In this document: piece by piece, positions 12,209-25,800 of the stretch
Layout: the number at the start of each line of letters is the position of its first letter
How positions within the stretch are numbered: the stretch's first letter is position 1
Assembly (NCBI GenBank): GCA_964016885.1
Contig: OZ024741.1
Coordinates: 318,928,001 to 318,992,000, forward strand
Direction: 5' to 3'
DNA length: 64,000 nt
From: Eledone cirrhosa
Taxonomy: Eukaryota
Made by a program: the position numbers and the translations under genes
Notes under the pieces: generated by a model
Database searches by the model: none
Seen by the model: the letters and a program-made list of their open reading frames with translations, nothing else
Told to the model about the DNA's origin: nothing

Positions 12209-14131
12209 TACACACACACATACACACGTGTGTGTGGTATTGATGGTCACAAGAATGAGTATATATTTATTGAGCTGGAGTCAGTGGCCTATTACTCTGG
12301 AGTTCCTCCTGTATGTTTACAGGGTCAGTGAAATACCGTCTGATGACCTCAATAAATATATTGATAGACAGATATATATGCAAGTCTAAAGATAATTTTA
12401 CCATTGAACAATGATCTGCTTTAGTCAAACTCAAGAACGATCAGCATATTACACAGAAACCATACACAAATATATTGTAGCTTAATATATAGCAACGTAC
12501 GGATATAAACACTAATACAATGTACAGATGTCTAGTGTGTGCATGTATGTATATACAGACTAATACAATTGTCAAGTGTGTGCGTATATGTATTTACACA
12601 CTAACACAATGTACTGTTGTGAAGTGTGTGCATGTAGGTATATACACAAAGACAATGTACAGATATCAAGTTTGTGCATGTATGTACACATATATATATA
12701 TATACACTAACTGAACGTACAGTAAACATTTATGTGCATGTGTGTATTAACACTAATACATTAAATGTGCATGTGTGCATGTACATATATATATACTTTC
12801 ACATTTTTAAGAGCTGGTATATGACAAATCTTTAGGTAATTGTTGGAAAGACATCTGTATAAACTACCATTAAAGTACCCTACATCAAACATCTTTGATA
12901 AACTATGTTAATGGTACCCTACATCAGACACCTGTACCTGTAAAAACTACCTTTAAAGTACCCTACATCAGATACCTGTAATAAACCACCTTTAAGGTAC
13001 TCTAATCAGACACCTGTATAAACCATGTTTAAGGTAAACCTACTTTAGACACTATTTTCAGTAACTGTTTTGATGCCCATCGATCGGTAGACTGGACAAA
13101 GGAAACAATGTTTCCACTGGTCTTTCTGTTGCTCATACTATCTGCTGGTCGCAACTATTGGCAGTTTTATCAAATTCATAAATAAAAAGTCTGGCCTAAG
13201 ACTTGAACATTTCTTTTCTTTTACTTATAAGAAGAGAAAAAATATATGGGAGGGGAGCCAAAAAATAATATGAAAGGAAAATTCTTATTTAGAAAATGGA
13301 AGGAAATGTTTGGGATTGAATCTGCAACTGCTGAAGACTGGATGTTCTAATCTTTAAATTGTGGTCATTCAATTCAATGTCTATATCTGCTGATGAGTGG
13401 GTCTTGTAGTTTTGTAATTGTGGTTCTTGAATGTCAATATCTGTTGAAACAGTCTTTTACCCTTGTAATTGTGAACTTTCATTGCAATGTCAACATCTGC
13501 TGTGCCCTGTTGAAAAGTCCAATGAAACAACAGTAATTTGTTGTTGCGAGGAGTAACAGGGTTAGCAGTAGGAGGTAGGAGTAAGGATGGTGGTAGTAGC
13601 AGCAGCAGCAGCAGTTTCTTAATGAAATGATGTATAACAGTAAAGCATTCACTGAATGTATTTGCAATGAGGTGTGAAAAGTACACACACACACACTCAC
13701 ACAGACAGACAGACAATTTGTGAGAAGCACACATGCTCACGGACAGACAGGTTGTGAGAGGCTCACACATTCATGGACAGAAAGGTTGTAACACACACAC
13801 ACACACAGAGACAAGCTGTAAGCACACAAATAGACAAGACAGACGGTTGTGAGACAAGCTATGAGAGATACACAACTAGATAGACAGACAGACATATGGC
13901 AAGAGAGTGAGAGACATACACACGTTGTGAGACAGAAGAGGATAGTGGGGAGGGAGACACAGTTGGCAGTTGTAGTTGTCATGGATCCTAAATGCACGGT
14001 ATTTGGATGAGGTGGAAAAAAAGACACTGACAAAGCTCTACAGTGGAGGGAGTGATAGGTAAAGAGTGGAGAGACAGAGAGTAGTTGTGCAAGGGTTAAA
14101 TTGGTGACACCCTGCTTCCGCTTGATGGCAT
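11630..14131 (-). other. Probable non-coding terminal (3'UTR) exon of the spp27-like gene
   Basis: Donor TAG|gtattt 9 nt after the stop codon (exon end 16750); strong acceptor (T-run + catttcag|) at 14131; largely TE-free sequence down to minus-strand AATAAA at 11662-11667 and 11649-11654, followed by a U-rich tract. Confidence 0.55.
12850..13052. repeat. ~37-bp tandem minisatellite (about 5 copies)
   Basis: Repeating cagacacctgtataaactacctttaaggtaccctacat-like unit. Confidence 0.8.
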
Positions 14132-14199
14132 CTGAAATGAAAAAAAAAAAACATTTATAAAATGAAAATGAAAATGAAAATTGCCAAACAGTACTGATG

Positions 14200-15630
14200 A
14201 TTGTAGAGAATAAATGGGAAGAAGAAAACTATCCCCAACCTACCCAACAGAAGGTCCAACCATTTAAGTTGACAGATATAGAGTTAAAGAAGCAATCAAA
14301 GAGATGAAAAATGGTGTGGGACTGTCTGAAATAGCTACTGAGAGGCTAAAAACATTGGGAGAAGTAAAAGTTGAATGAGTAACCCGCAGAGTCAAGAGAA
14401 ATTCCTAGCCAAAAATAAGCCACTATATCTAGCTTTAACAGAGAGTACCTCGAGCTATTATCTGGTGGTCCTTAAGGAAATTAGGTGTAGAAGAATGGCT
14501 GGTGAGAGCACAGCAAGCTATGTATAGAGGAGATGTCAGCAAAGTGAGAGTAGGTGGTGAGTTCAGTGAGGAATTCAAGGTACAAGTAGGAGTTCATTAG
14601 GGTTTGGTTCTTAGCCCACTACTATTCATTATACTTTTCCAGGCTATAATAGGAGTTTAAGACTGACTGCCCATGGGAACTTTCTATGCAGATAATCCAT
14701 TAAAGATCTAGAAAATAAGTTCCGACTGTGGAAACAGAATTTGGAATCAAAAGGTCTGAGAGTAAACTTAACCCAAACTAAACTACTAGTGAGTAGGAAA
14801 GAATATAGGACCCTGATTCTCTCAGGGAAGTGGTCCTGCTCAATATGTAGAAAGGGAGTAGGCATAAGCTCCATACAATGTACACAATATAAATCTTGGG
14901 TACACAAGAGATGTAGTGGGATAATGGGTTGACTAACAGGAAGAGAAGACTTTGTATGAAGATGCACAGGGGTGAGTGAGGGGAAGAGTGCCAGTGATGT
15001 AAACTTATTCTAGTCAAAGGAAGGACTCATAGAAGTGGTTGATAGCTTCTGCTATCTAGGCAACTTAATTAGAAATGGAGGAGGGTGCTTTGAGAGCATA
15101 AAATCTAGAATAAGGATAAGATGGAAAAAGTTTAGAGAGCTACTCTCACTGTTGACCACAAAAGAACGACTGTGTGGCACCTGTGCGTGAAGTGCAATGC
15201 TGCATGGTTGTGAAACATGGGCTGTAACTACAGTGGACATGTGTAGACTGGAGAGAAATGAAGCAACCATGCTTTGTTGGATGTACAATGTAAGAAAGAG
15301 AAAGCCAAAGCTAGGACAAGTTGAAGAAGCTGGGTTTAAGAGGAATCTGAGGTGGTGTACAAGAGAGGAGACAGCATTGGTCTGGACATGTGATGCACAT
15401 GGACAATGATCGCTGGGTGAAGAAATGCCAGGAAATACCAGTGGAAGGAAGCCACGGTAGAGAAAGACCAAGAAAGCCCTGGGCAAAGGTTGTGAGAACT
15501 GACCTCAAATCACTGAGAATTATCAAGATGACAAAGGAACGCGACGAATGGAGAGATGTCATGCTGAGAAGGACCTATATCAAACACATACAAGCATAGA
15601 AAAACAGACATAAAAACAATGATGATGATG
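14200..15630 (+). mobile_element. Old degenerate RTE LINE copy
   Basis: ESKGLRVNL..GKWSCSICRKGVG, MLHGCETW and RPRKPW fragments; (GAT)n tail. Confidence 0.85.
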
Positions 15631-16758
15631 AATCAAGAAGACTCTGTATCAAGGACACAACTTACTTAATACTAGTGTCACAATAAAATGCAACCAGTAC
15701 ATAATTATAAAGTGATTGATGTTAGAAAGGGTGTCTAGCCATAAAAATCTGCCAAACAAAGAGTTGAGAGGACTCTTCAGTTGTGTCAAGGACATGACAA
15801 CCTCCCCAGTGTTGGGTTCACAATAAAATGCACCCTATATACTCTGTAAAATGCTGGAATGTATGTAAGTGAAATGCAAGCTCTTAGTCAGTGGTTCTGA
15901 TTAAGTACTAACATTGTCTGCAACAACACATTCAACCCATCACAGGCATCCTGACTAGGAGGATGATAACTCCCAAATATGATCTGACACAGGGCAGAGA
16001 GAGGAGGGGGGTTGTTTAGGCCTCCTTACAAGAGACAATCACTTTATGGTCAATTGCTTGATATATTACATCTACTATACTGTGAAGTGATTGGCTATAT
16101 GAAAGGTATCCAGCTGAAGACCATGTCTATACAGAATGTACAACTGTTGTGAACTCTGCAAGCCTCAACTCAAACTATTTATCTATGAGGGCAGTCAATC
16201 TTAATAAAACATTTCTAATATAAGTGGTATAAAATATATCCAGTCGACACTGTAAAACATGTACAACAACATAGCCAGTTTTCACTATTGCTGGATGATT
16301 TTACAGACTGCTTCGAGTGATGACCCTTCCAACTCATGAGAGCAAAGAAACTGATGTATGATGATGATGAATACAAAATCAAAAGTATTTTAAATGATTT
16401 CTATATCTTACATTTCAGATATGAAATAAAAAGCATAGAAAATGCGGGAGGGGCATGTAAAGTAGATTCAGTCAATGCAGTATGGCTGGAAGTGAAAACC
16501 CAATCTATTTAAGAGATGTTAACTTTAGTATAAGTTTAGTAAAGGGGAAACTGCAGAAGTGTGCATGTGTGAGCATTTTCATTGTTGTCTGTGCTTAAGT
16601 CTCATAACTTGAAATATTTAGGTCGATATGTTCGACTAAATTCCTTTAAAGTGGTACCCCAGCATAGCCACAATCTGGAAGCAGTATAAGAGTGGAGGCA
16701 GGGGAAGTAAACGTGGTAGTAACTACTGTAATTAATAAACAATAAATACCTACATGAG

Positions 16759-16829
16759 TTAGTCTACAGCATCTTTGATGTGATTTTTCAGATGTTTCAT
16801 CATTCCAAACGTCCTCACCCGTTTCCTCC
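16759..16829 (-). CDS. spp27: UAF30/Spp27-like exon 11 ([22 protein letters not shown]-stop)
   Basis: ttgtag| acceptor; SWIB C-terminal FxMxKxLxxH motif; TAA at 16759-16761. Confidence 0.92.
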
Positions 16830-19800
16830 CTACAAATTAAAATTTAAAAAATGAAACAAAATTTACAGCTTTCATTTCTATGTAGGTTTAGCTGGCTTTA
16901 TTACAAGGTTGCATTACTGGAGCACTGATATAAGGTTTAGTGACCCTTATATATCAAGTATTATGCTGAAAACAAGGTATTTGAAATTAAATCAGTATTT
17001 GCATCTGGTCAATACTTCGAATGCCCCTGGTAGAAATGAATTGAATTATGATCCTCTCTATAAAGTTCGACCATTAATTAATATATTATCTGAAAAATTT
17101 AAAACTGTATATATACCAGGAAAAAATCTGTGTTGAAGCAATGATTGGGTATGCAAGTAGGGTACATTTCAGACAGTATATGCCAGCTAAACCCACCAAA
17201 TGGGGCATCAAGGTGTGTGTGTGATTGGACACAGGCTACTGCGCAAACTTTGATATTTATAGAGCGAAAAAATATAACAGAGAAAAATGGATTGGGATAC
17301 AATGTGTGGTCTCTGACTCTCAACACAGACACATATTTTCACCGTTTTTTTTCCTTTGGTCCTTCTAGCAGAGGATCTTGCCCTCACAAATTCGTACACC
17401 TGCAGTACGATAATGTGTCACACCTGTTAATGAACTTATATATTGGGCCCATTCTGTTATGTAACTCTACCTAGTAATTTGTGTAAGAGTACATTGCCAA
17501 TATCATTTTGACTGGTAAAAGGGTTGTATACTTTTTTTTAAATGAAAATATTCGCATGGAAGGTAGGAAAAGACTAAAATATTGTATTGATTATAGCTGC
17601 ATTTTAAATTAATTCACCTGTTTGTGAAAAGTGCTAAAATTGTTGGAAGTCAACATCAAGGTCATTGTTGGATAATTTTTGTAACAAACCTAACAGGTAA
17701 AGCACAAAGTTTAAATTTTTGTGTTTATCCATTAATTACACCTGTTAATTAATTTCACCTGCCCATAAAAGTCAAATTTAACCAAAAACTCAGGTAGAAA
17801 TGAATAATTGTAAATTATTGATATTTAAACATCGACTGACAAAATTTCAAGTCTGCACATCGAAAATTAACAAAATTACAAACAAATATAGTTGATAACC
17901 CTCTTGATTAACTCAAAATAATGTAAATAGATAAACATGACACTTGGCAGAGTAATGTAAATACTAAATGGTTTAGTCAGCACTCCAGCATGGCCAGAGT
18001 TTAATGATTAAAACCAGTAAAAGAGTAATAGAGAATATAAAACTGCATATAACTGACTTTTTAAGGTGGTGCCTCAAAATGGCAACAATTTAATAACTAG
18101 AGCCAACAAAAGAGAATATAATAAAACATATTTACCAAAGACTTTCTGAAGTTGCTCATCACAAAGCATGAACTGTTTGTTTTTCGGATCCTGAAAAAGA
18201 CATTAAAAATTAATTAATGAAGAATCTAGAGGGATTTACTAAAACTATTATATTTTGGAAGGGTCATGTTGTCCTAATATTACCAAAAATTATTCTTTTA
18301 TTACTAAGATAGTAAATTATCCCTTTCACGAACATATTTCTCATGAAACACACTATTTGGAACATGTGTTTTAGAAACAATGAGCCAAAAAAATAATAGG
18401 GCATATAAGCCACCCTTAACAGAAAAAAATGGGAAATTAGCATGCCCATTAGTAGCATATCAGCTGGGCAAGCATGAAGGTGTGGGTTCAAGTCCTGCAT
18501 GTTGCTAATGTCCATTTTTTTCATTAAATGTCCCATTATTTAGACTATTTAATCATTAAAAATAATTCAACAAAGCCTCTTACTTACTCATAAATTTCAC
18601 TCACTATTTCATTTAATGAAAATCTTTTAGGGATTTTTTAAAATTACTAATTATTTAATTACTAAGATAGTAACTTAACATGGTTCTTATATTAAATTAT
18701 GTTGGAAGAATTCAGTTTAAATAGGAACCCTTTAACTACCTTTTATTACCATATATCTAATGAAAAGTTGTCTACAATTTTCAAATAATTTGGAAAATAA
18801 TCTAGAATTTTCAGGGATTTAGTAATATAACTAACTTCTCATTAATAAGCTGGTATTTGGAACACAAGAAAGGTTCTTATTTAAAATTACAATGAAAGTT
18901 TTATCTCATAGAATCAATGGTAGTTTTGGGTGGGTTGGTATTAAAAGGGTTAAAATGGATGGTTTGGACTAAGTTGGTATGAAATGAATTGAAAGTTTCC
19001 TTAGTTAAAACATGAATTAGATATTATTTCAGTCTATAGTGGAAGTAGTGATGGGGGGGGTTACTTACTTCAAGTTCTCTTTCTTTAACAATTTTCCACA
19101 TACTTTTGACAACATCTTTCCTTGCCATCTAAAAATAATTAATAAACAATGATAACGACCCATCTTGCAGTAAAGGTTTGATAGAAATTGCACTGATATC
19201 TCACTTGTCTCTACCCTGGTGTCAAACTATCACAACCACATAATTGTTTCCCACATTTAAAAAAAATATTTCTAATCCGGTCTATTGCTGTGTTCTTCAT
19301 CATCATCATCATTTTACGTCCGCTTTTCCCTGCTTACAAGGGTGGGACGGGAACTGATTCTGGCTTGATTTCTACAGCTGGATGCCCTTCCTAACACCAA
19401 CCTCATTTACAGTGAGTGCTGGGTGCTTTTTTGCCGTGGCACATCCACAACCACTTTACAGTGGAATGATAGGGACCCCAGTTCCTATCATCTCATTTCT
19501 ACAGCTAAGTAAACTGGAGCAATGTGAAATAAAGTGTCTTGCTCAAGGAAACAACACATCACCCGGTCTGAGAATTGAACTCACAACCTTTCGATTGCAA
19601 GGCCAATGCTCTAACCACTAAGCCATGTGCCTCCAATTATTATACTTCATATACATAAAGGCAACACTTCTTATGTTGTGGACACAGCATGGTCAAATGG
19701 TTAAGAAGTTCACATCACAATCATTTAATTAGAGGTACAATCCCACTGCATGACATCTCAGGCACATGTCATTTACCTTAACCTTATCAGTGATATTGGG

Positions 19801-22800
19801 TAGACAGAAATTTGAAAGCCCATCAGATGGGTTGTACCTGTAATTTAAAGGGCCAACCTTGTCACAGCAAATCTCTCAGAGGATTACATTAAGGCTATAT
19901 CTGTCTGTGGAATACTCAGCTGCTTTGCTCTGCTAGAAATAAGTTTCTGCACACTAAGTTCAAATCCTGTTGAGGTCAACATTGTTATCTTATCCTTTCG
20001 AGGTCGATAAAAGAAGTACCAGTCCAGTACTTCTTCAATATCTTTTTCTCACATCTTACACATGATTGTCACAAGCAGGCTATTCCATTAATCACACAAC
20101 TGGAACACTCATTGTCAAAGCTGACGGAGATCGAACACACACACACTACATCCTATGGTAATCCATAGTTGGATGGCTAACACTAGGAAGGATTTAATAA
20201 ATAGAGAAGTTTGAAGATAGTATCTTAGATGCAAGTCTTCTGTCTTACTTACTCTGTCTGTTCCCATAACAACTGCTAATTCACCAGATAATATACATGG
20301 CTTGCTGTAAATAGACACTCGCGCTGAAAGTAAAACAGAATATTTATTAAAGATTTGATGCAAAGTAAGACCTGGAGACAATTTAACCGTTTCATCAACA
20401 TATTCCTGAAGAATGACTGCCTATGGTTTTCAAATAATTTTGAAAATAATAATTTGAAGGGATCTTGTAATGTAACCATCTTGTTATTAAGCTGGTGGTT
20501 GGAACATAGCTTAACAAAGGTTCTTCCATGAAATTATGATGGAAGGAATTTAGATAAATATGAACACTTTATCCCTTTTGCCATATTTTTAATAAGACAC
20601 AGCCTATGAGTTTTCAAATAATTTTGAAAATAATCAAGAATTTGAAGAGATTTAGTAATATAACTAAATTTCTCATTATTAATTTGGTGTTTGGAACATA
20701 ACATAACAAAGGTTCTTACACAAAATTATGATGGAAGGTTTTTATACAAATATAAACACTTTAAAATAAACAGCTCTGTATCAATAGATAGTTGGTTTGA
20801 TATCAAAAGAGATAAATAAGGCAGCTGGACCATCTGGAATAGTCATTGAAGTGCTAAAATCATCTGGCATGGTAGGATATGAGCTAATCAGATGCACAGT
20901 TAATCAAGTAGTACAGAATAGTGTCATACCCTATGACTGCCACTGCAATATCATTGTAAATTGCTACAAGGGCAAGGGAGGTGCATTAGAGAGAAGTAAC
21001 TATGGAAGCATCAAGTTGATGGACCAGGTCATGAAAGTTGCTGAAAGGGGTATAGTACAAATAATTAAGGACAGAATCAAGTGGGAGTCCACTAGGGTTA
21101 GTCCTCAGTCCACTCCTATTTATCATTATCCTTCAGGTCATCACTGAGGAGTTTAAAACTGGCACTCCATGGGAGATCTTATATGCTGATGACCTAGTCC
21201 TTATAGCTGAATCTGCAGGAGAGTTAGAGGCCCAATTTCAAGCATAGAAGAAGAACCTAGAAGGCCAAAGAGTAAACTTAGCCAAGACGGAAAATTTAAT
21301 AAGTAGAAAAGAAGATGAGAGGGTGATACCACCAGGGAAATGGTCTTGTTTAATATGTCAGAAAAGGGTAGGCAGAAATTCCTTAAGGTGCACACAGTGT
21401 AATTTATTAACACATAAGAGATACAGACAGGCTAACAGGAAAGATAGACTTTGTATGCAGCAGATACACCAGGGAAGTAAGCACTAAGAGCACATGTGAA
21501 ATGAATACCTTTAGTTGTCAGGGAGGCTCCTTAGAAGTTGTTGACAGCTTTCACTACCTACGTGACCAAATTAACAGGCTGGGAGTTTAGAGAGCTATTA
21601 CCTCTAATGTACTAACTATAATGCTACATGGATCTTAACTGCAAAAGACCTGCGGAGGCTAGAAAGAAATGAATAGAGTGTGCTCCGATGGATGTGTAAT
21701 GTTAGTGTGTATGAACGACAACATAAGCACGCTGAAGGAAAACCTTGGCATAAGAGGAATTGGATGTAGTGTGCAAGAGAGAAAACTGCATTGGTATAAA
21801 CATGTGATGTTTATGAAAGATAGCAGCTGCATGAAAAAATGTAAAGAAACCCCAGTGGCTGGACCCATGGAAGAGGCAGATCCAGGAAGACTTGAAATGA
21901 GGTTGTGAAGACCGACCTTAAAAAAACTAAACCACACAACAGATATGACAAAGGATCATGAGGACAGGCGAAGACCTGGTTAACAGCATACAATGTGACC
22001 TGACTTATCCCTGTCTCCCTCCCTTCCACTAGCAGCTATCCTTACCATCATTACACATTCCCATTTTATCCATGTCCCCTCCAGTATCACTTCTTAGCTG
22101 CTGCCCCCTCTAAAGCCTTTAGATAACCCCATAGTGCACCCTAGTAGCTATTCTCTCCACCCCTATGCACCTCATCTATGCCCCCTCCACATCACACCTT
22201 AGCTATCCTCTCCATCACTACACCTCCCCTTCTAAGCTCTGGTGAATACCACCCTTCTACTCCCTACACCGCGTTTATTAACCCTCACCATCACATACCC
22301 CCCCCCCCCCCTTTGCTATCAAAAGTCACACCTCTCCTTTCCCCACTGTCAAATCAGACACCATACTTGCCATAACTTCATACTTATCTTTTGTCTCTAA
22401 CTGCACCCACCCAACCACTACAAATCAGAGAAGGCTCTTCCATCAGGACAAGGACCAATAACTTCACTAGCACTGGTGCCACAAAAACGCACGAGGTACA
22501 CCCTGTAAGGTGGTTGGCAACAGGGACATTGTAGAGACCTTACCTAAAAAGAGTTGAGAGGACCCTTCAGTTGTGTCATGACATGACAACTTCTCTCATG
22601 TTGGTTATCTACATGATAAATGCACCCAGTACTCGCTGTTAAGTGGTTGGTGATAGGAAAGGCATCCAACCATAGAAAGTTTGCCAAACAAAGGGTTGGG
22701 AGGACCCTTCAGTTGTGTCAAAAACATAACAGCCTCTTGTGCTGATGTACTCGGTAGAACATGAGCCCATATGTAAGTGAGATGCAGACCCCCAGCTAGT

Positions 22801-25800
22801 CTGGGAGGTCAGTAGCCCTACTTTATTACTGACTTGGTCTATAAAGACCTGCCCAACCCTTGCTAGCAGACGTTAATGATGATGGTGATGATGATAAATA
22901 AGTTTTTAAAACAGACAGATTATTGAAGTGTCTGTCTCTCAGATGTCATAAAAAATTGGGTTTATCATGAAACTTTTTCATACATACACACTTCTCTAAT
23001 TATTCGGTAGTAACCAGTAGAAAATATACTGTCTACATGGATTCATGTGGTTTTAGTTCATTTCTTTTGCCTTTGGACCCATGTTAGTGTAAACTTAAAC
23101 AGACTCACAAAATGCTATCTAAATCAACATCATTTAACACTCACTTTCCTTGCTAGCAAGGGTAGAAGAGACTGTTGATAGGCCACATCAATACTTAGTT
23201 GGAGCCACTGGCCTCTCATATAGGCTAGGGTGTACATTTCGTTTACAAACGTTCCTGTACTCTACCGAATGCATTTTATTGTGGCACCAACACTATGGAA
23301 GTTATCATGTTTCTGACACAACTGGAAAATGTCCGACGACTGGATGACCTTCCTATCAGCAACCACTTTACAGAATGTACTAGGTGTGTTTATCATATAT
23401 GTCACCAACAGTAGAGAAGGTGTCCTGCCCTCCACACAACTGAAGAGTCCTCTCGACTCTTTTTGGCATGGTTTCTACAGCTGGATACCCTTCCAATCAC
23501 CAACCATCCTTACAAGGTGTCCTAGGTGCATTTTTCATGTACTAGCAGTAGAGAGGTTGTATCGTGATTGGGATTTATTCGACTATTATTTATAGTTATC
23601 AACAATTATTATGGTCACAAACACTTCAAATTACAAGCATGTTTACATGTGATGGTTTGGAATGTCAACAAATTTACATGTGTGTGTGGTTTGGAATATA
23701 AACAAATTACCTTTTCCATCTTTTTGTTTTCTTTCCTTTTTAGGTGGTGCCTGCAAAAACAAATATATAAAAATTCAATGAAATAAAACAAACTAGAATT
23801 GCAGCTACAATTGGAAAAAATACATTTTTTCGGAAATACACAGTATTTTAATTAATTAAGGAAGAACACGAAGAGATATACTAAAATTATTGATTATTTC
23901 ATTATAAAGAGGTTATGGGTAACATAACAAAAGCTTTTTATATAAAATCATATTGGAAGGTCTTTAATTTAAATAGAAACTCTTTAACTCTTTCGCTGCC
24001 ATATTTATGACATACATACTGTATTTCAATTAATTAATAAAGAATTTGGAGAGATTTACTAAAATCATTTATTATTTCATAACTATGGTTCTTATATAAA
24101 ATGTTTTAATTTAAATAGAAACTTTTTAACCCTTTTGTTACCATAATATTTATGAAATACACAATATTTCAATTAATCAATGAATATTGATGATGGATTT
24201 ACTCTGATTATCAATCATTCCATTAGTGATATTTGTAATATAACTTAATATATACTTCTTATATAAAATAATATTGGATGATTTTAATTTAGATACAAAT
24301 CATTAAATATTTTTGTGAGTCTATTTCTAATGAAATACACTATTTCAATTAATGAAGAATTTTGAAGTATTTACTAAAATGACTAAGATTATAATTTAAA
24401 TAGAAACTCATTAAAATGGGTAGTTATGTTTCATAGAACTAGAGCTGGTTTTGGCTGGGTTGTTATGAAAAGGGTTAAAATGGATAGTTTTTGGTTAATA
24501 GAGTAGAGTTGGTTTTGGTTAGGTTGATATCAAAAATGTTAAGACAGGCTTGTTGATAACAAATATGACCCTATAAAGCAATTTCTTTACACATTCAAAG
24601 ATGCAAAACCATGGACATATAATTAGCGTTTTATCCTGGGGTTACTGGGTGTTTTAGGTCTTACAACATACACCCTCACCCAGGTGACCCGACTGAGGTT
24701 GATCAAACCTCAGTCTGCATCCAAGTGGCATACATATTATTGATCCCACAGACATAGCCATCCAAATGCCCTCTATGCAGCTTCTACATTGTTTTTGATG
24801 GCTCTCCTCCTGCTTGCTCTTGTAATGCCCAGGTGACTGAACTGAGGTTGATCAAGGCTCAGTCTATGTCCAAATGTCATACATACTACTGATCCTTATG
24901 GCCACTTCTCTTCAGATGCCCTTTCTGCTGATTTCACATTGCTATTGATAGCTCTCTTCTTGCTTGCTCTTGTAATGTGCAGAGTTCCATAGCATTAAGG
25001 GAACAAGCTGCAAACCCTCAACTGCCAACCTACACTGGCATGAACTTGGTTCTCAACATATTGCTGCAAGTCCTATATAAATTCCTTGTACTTCCCTCTC
25101 TTCCGTCTTCTCCAAGGCAACAGTTAACTCTACTAGAATGAGCTGTCACTTTGGCGACCAAGATGATGTTTAATTACATTGACTGAGTGATATGTGATGG
25201 AATTTTTAGTTGATTTTCCAGGTCAACTGTCATTACCAAATTGTGTGCTATGACAAGCAAACCAGCTAAGAAGTTTTTGAATCTTTCCTTCAGTCATTCA
25301 CTCTCTCTGATAAACATGATCTTCTTAGCTGTGGCATATATGTGCCTGCTGTCTCTGATTCCCTCATCAATTACTTCAGTGATAGTTTTGAGAATGCAAT
25401 CATGTCTCCATTGATAGCATCACTCACTCAGTGCTTTGGAGTTACTGCTTAGGATATGCTTATGGGCTCATGCTTTAAAACAAAGGGGACATGTTGATGT
25501 TTCCATTTTGCTGCATAGAAACAGCTTTAATGGGTTAAGCAGGACATCATAAAGCCTCTGAATCAACAACTTGATCCTTTGTGAGTTGCACTTTGAGATG
25601 TCCTGCCAGGTGATGTTCCACCAAGCACCCTGTTTTTGCAATGCCAGTGATCGGGTTGCTTGTTTCTCTTCCACTGATGTCTGCACCATCTTCTGTCTTT
25701 TTCTTTCTTGGTTGTAATGTCCGATCAGGTTGATGTTGAGCTACCAAGTCCAGCTTGCCCTGTGCCACACACTAGAGAAGAAACTTGTGTTTCAGCCATG

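Noticed and set aside
12335-12385. CTGATGA followed by a tcaata/tattga hairpin (hammerhead-like)
   Set aside because: No GAAA box or matching stem I; at most a heavily eroded relic.
13381-14033. Minus-strand ORFs of 83-129 aa
   Set aside because: Low-complexity microsatellite-derived sequence downstream of the stop codon, in the probable 3'UTR.
19560-19635. tRNA gene candidates with A and B boxes (also 54542, 56450, 58727)
   Set aside because: They are SINE heads: no closed acceptor stem, and each continues into a SINE body and tail.
16340-24210. Intronic C/D-box snoRNA candidates (TGATGA...CTGA)
   Set aside because: TGATGA matches come mostly from (GAT)n retroposon tails; none had terminal stems and suitable spacing.
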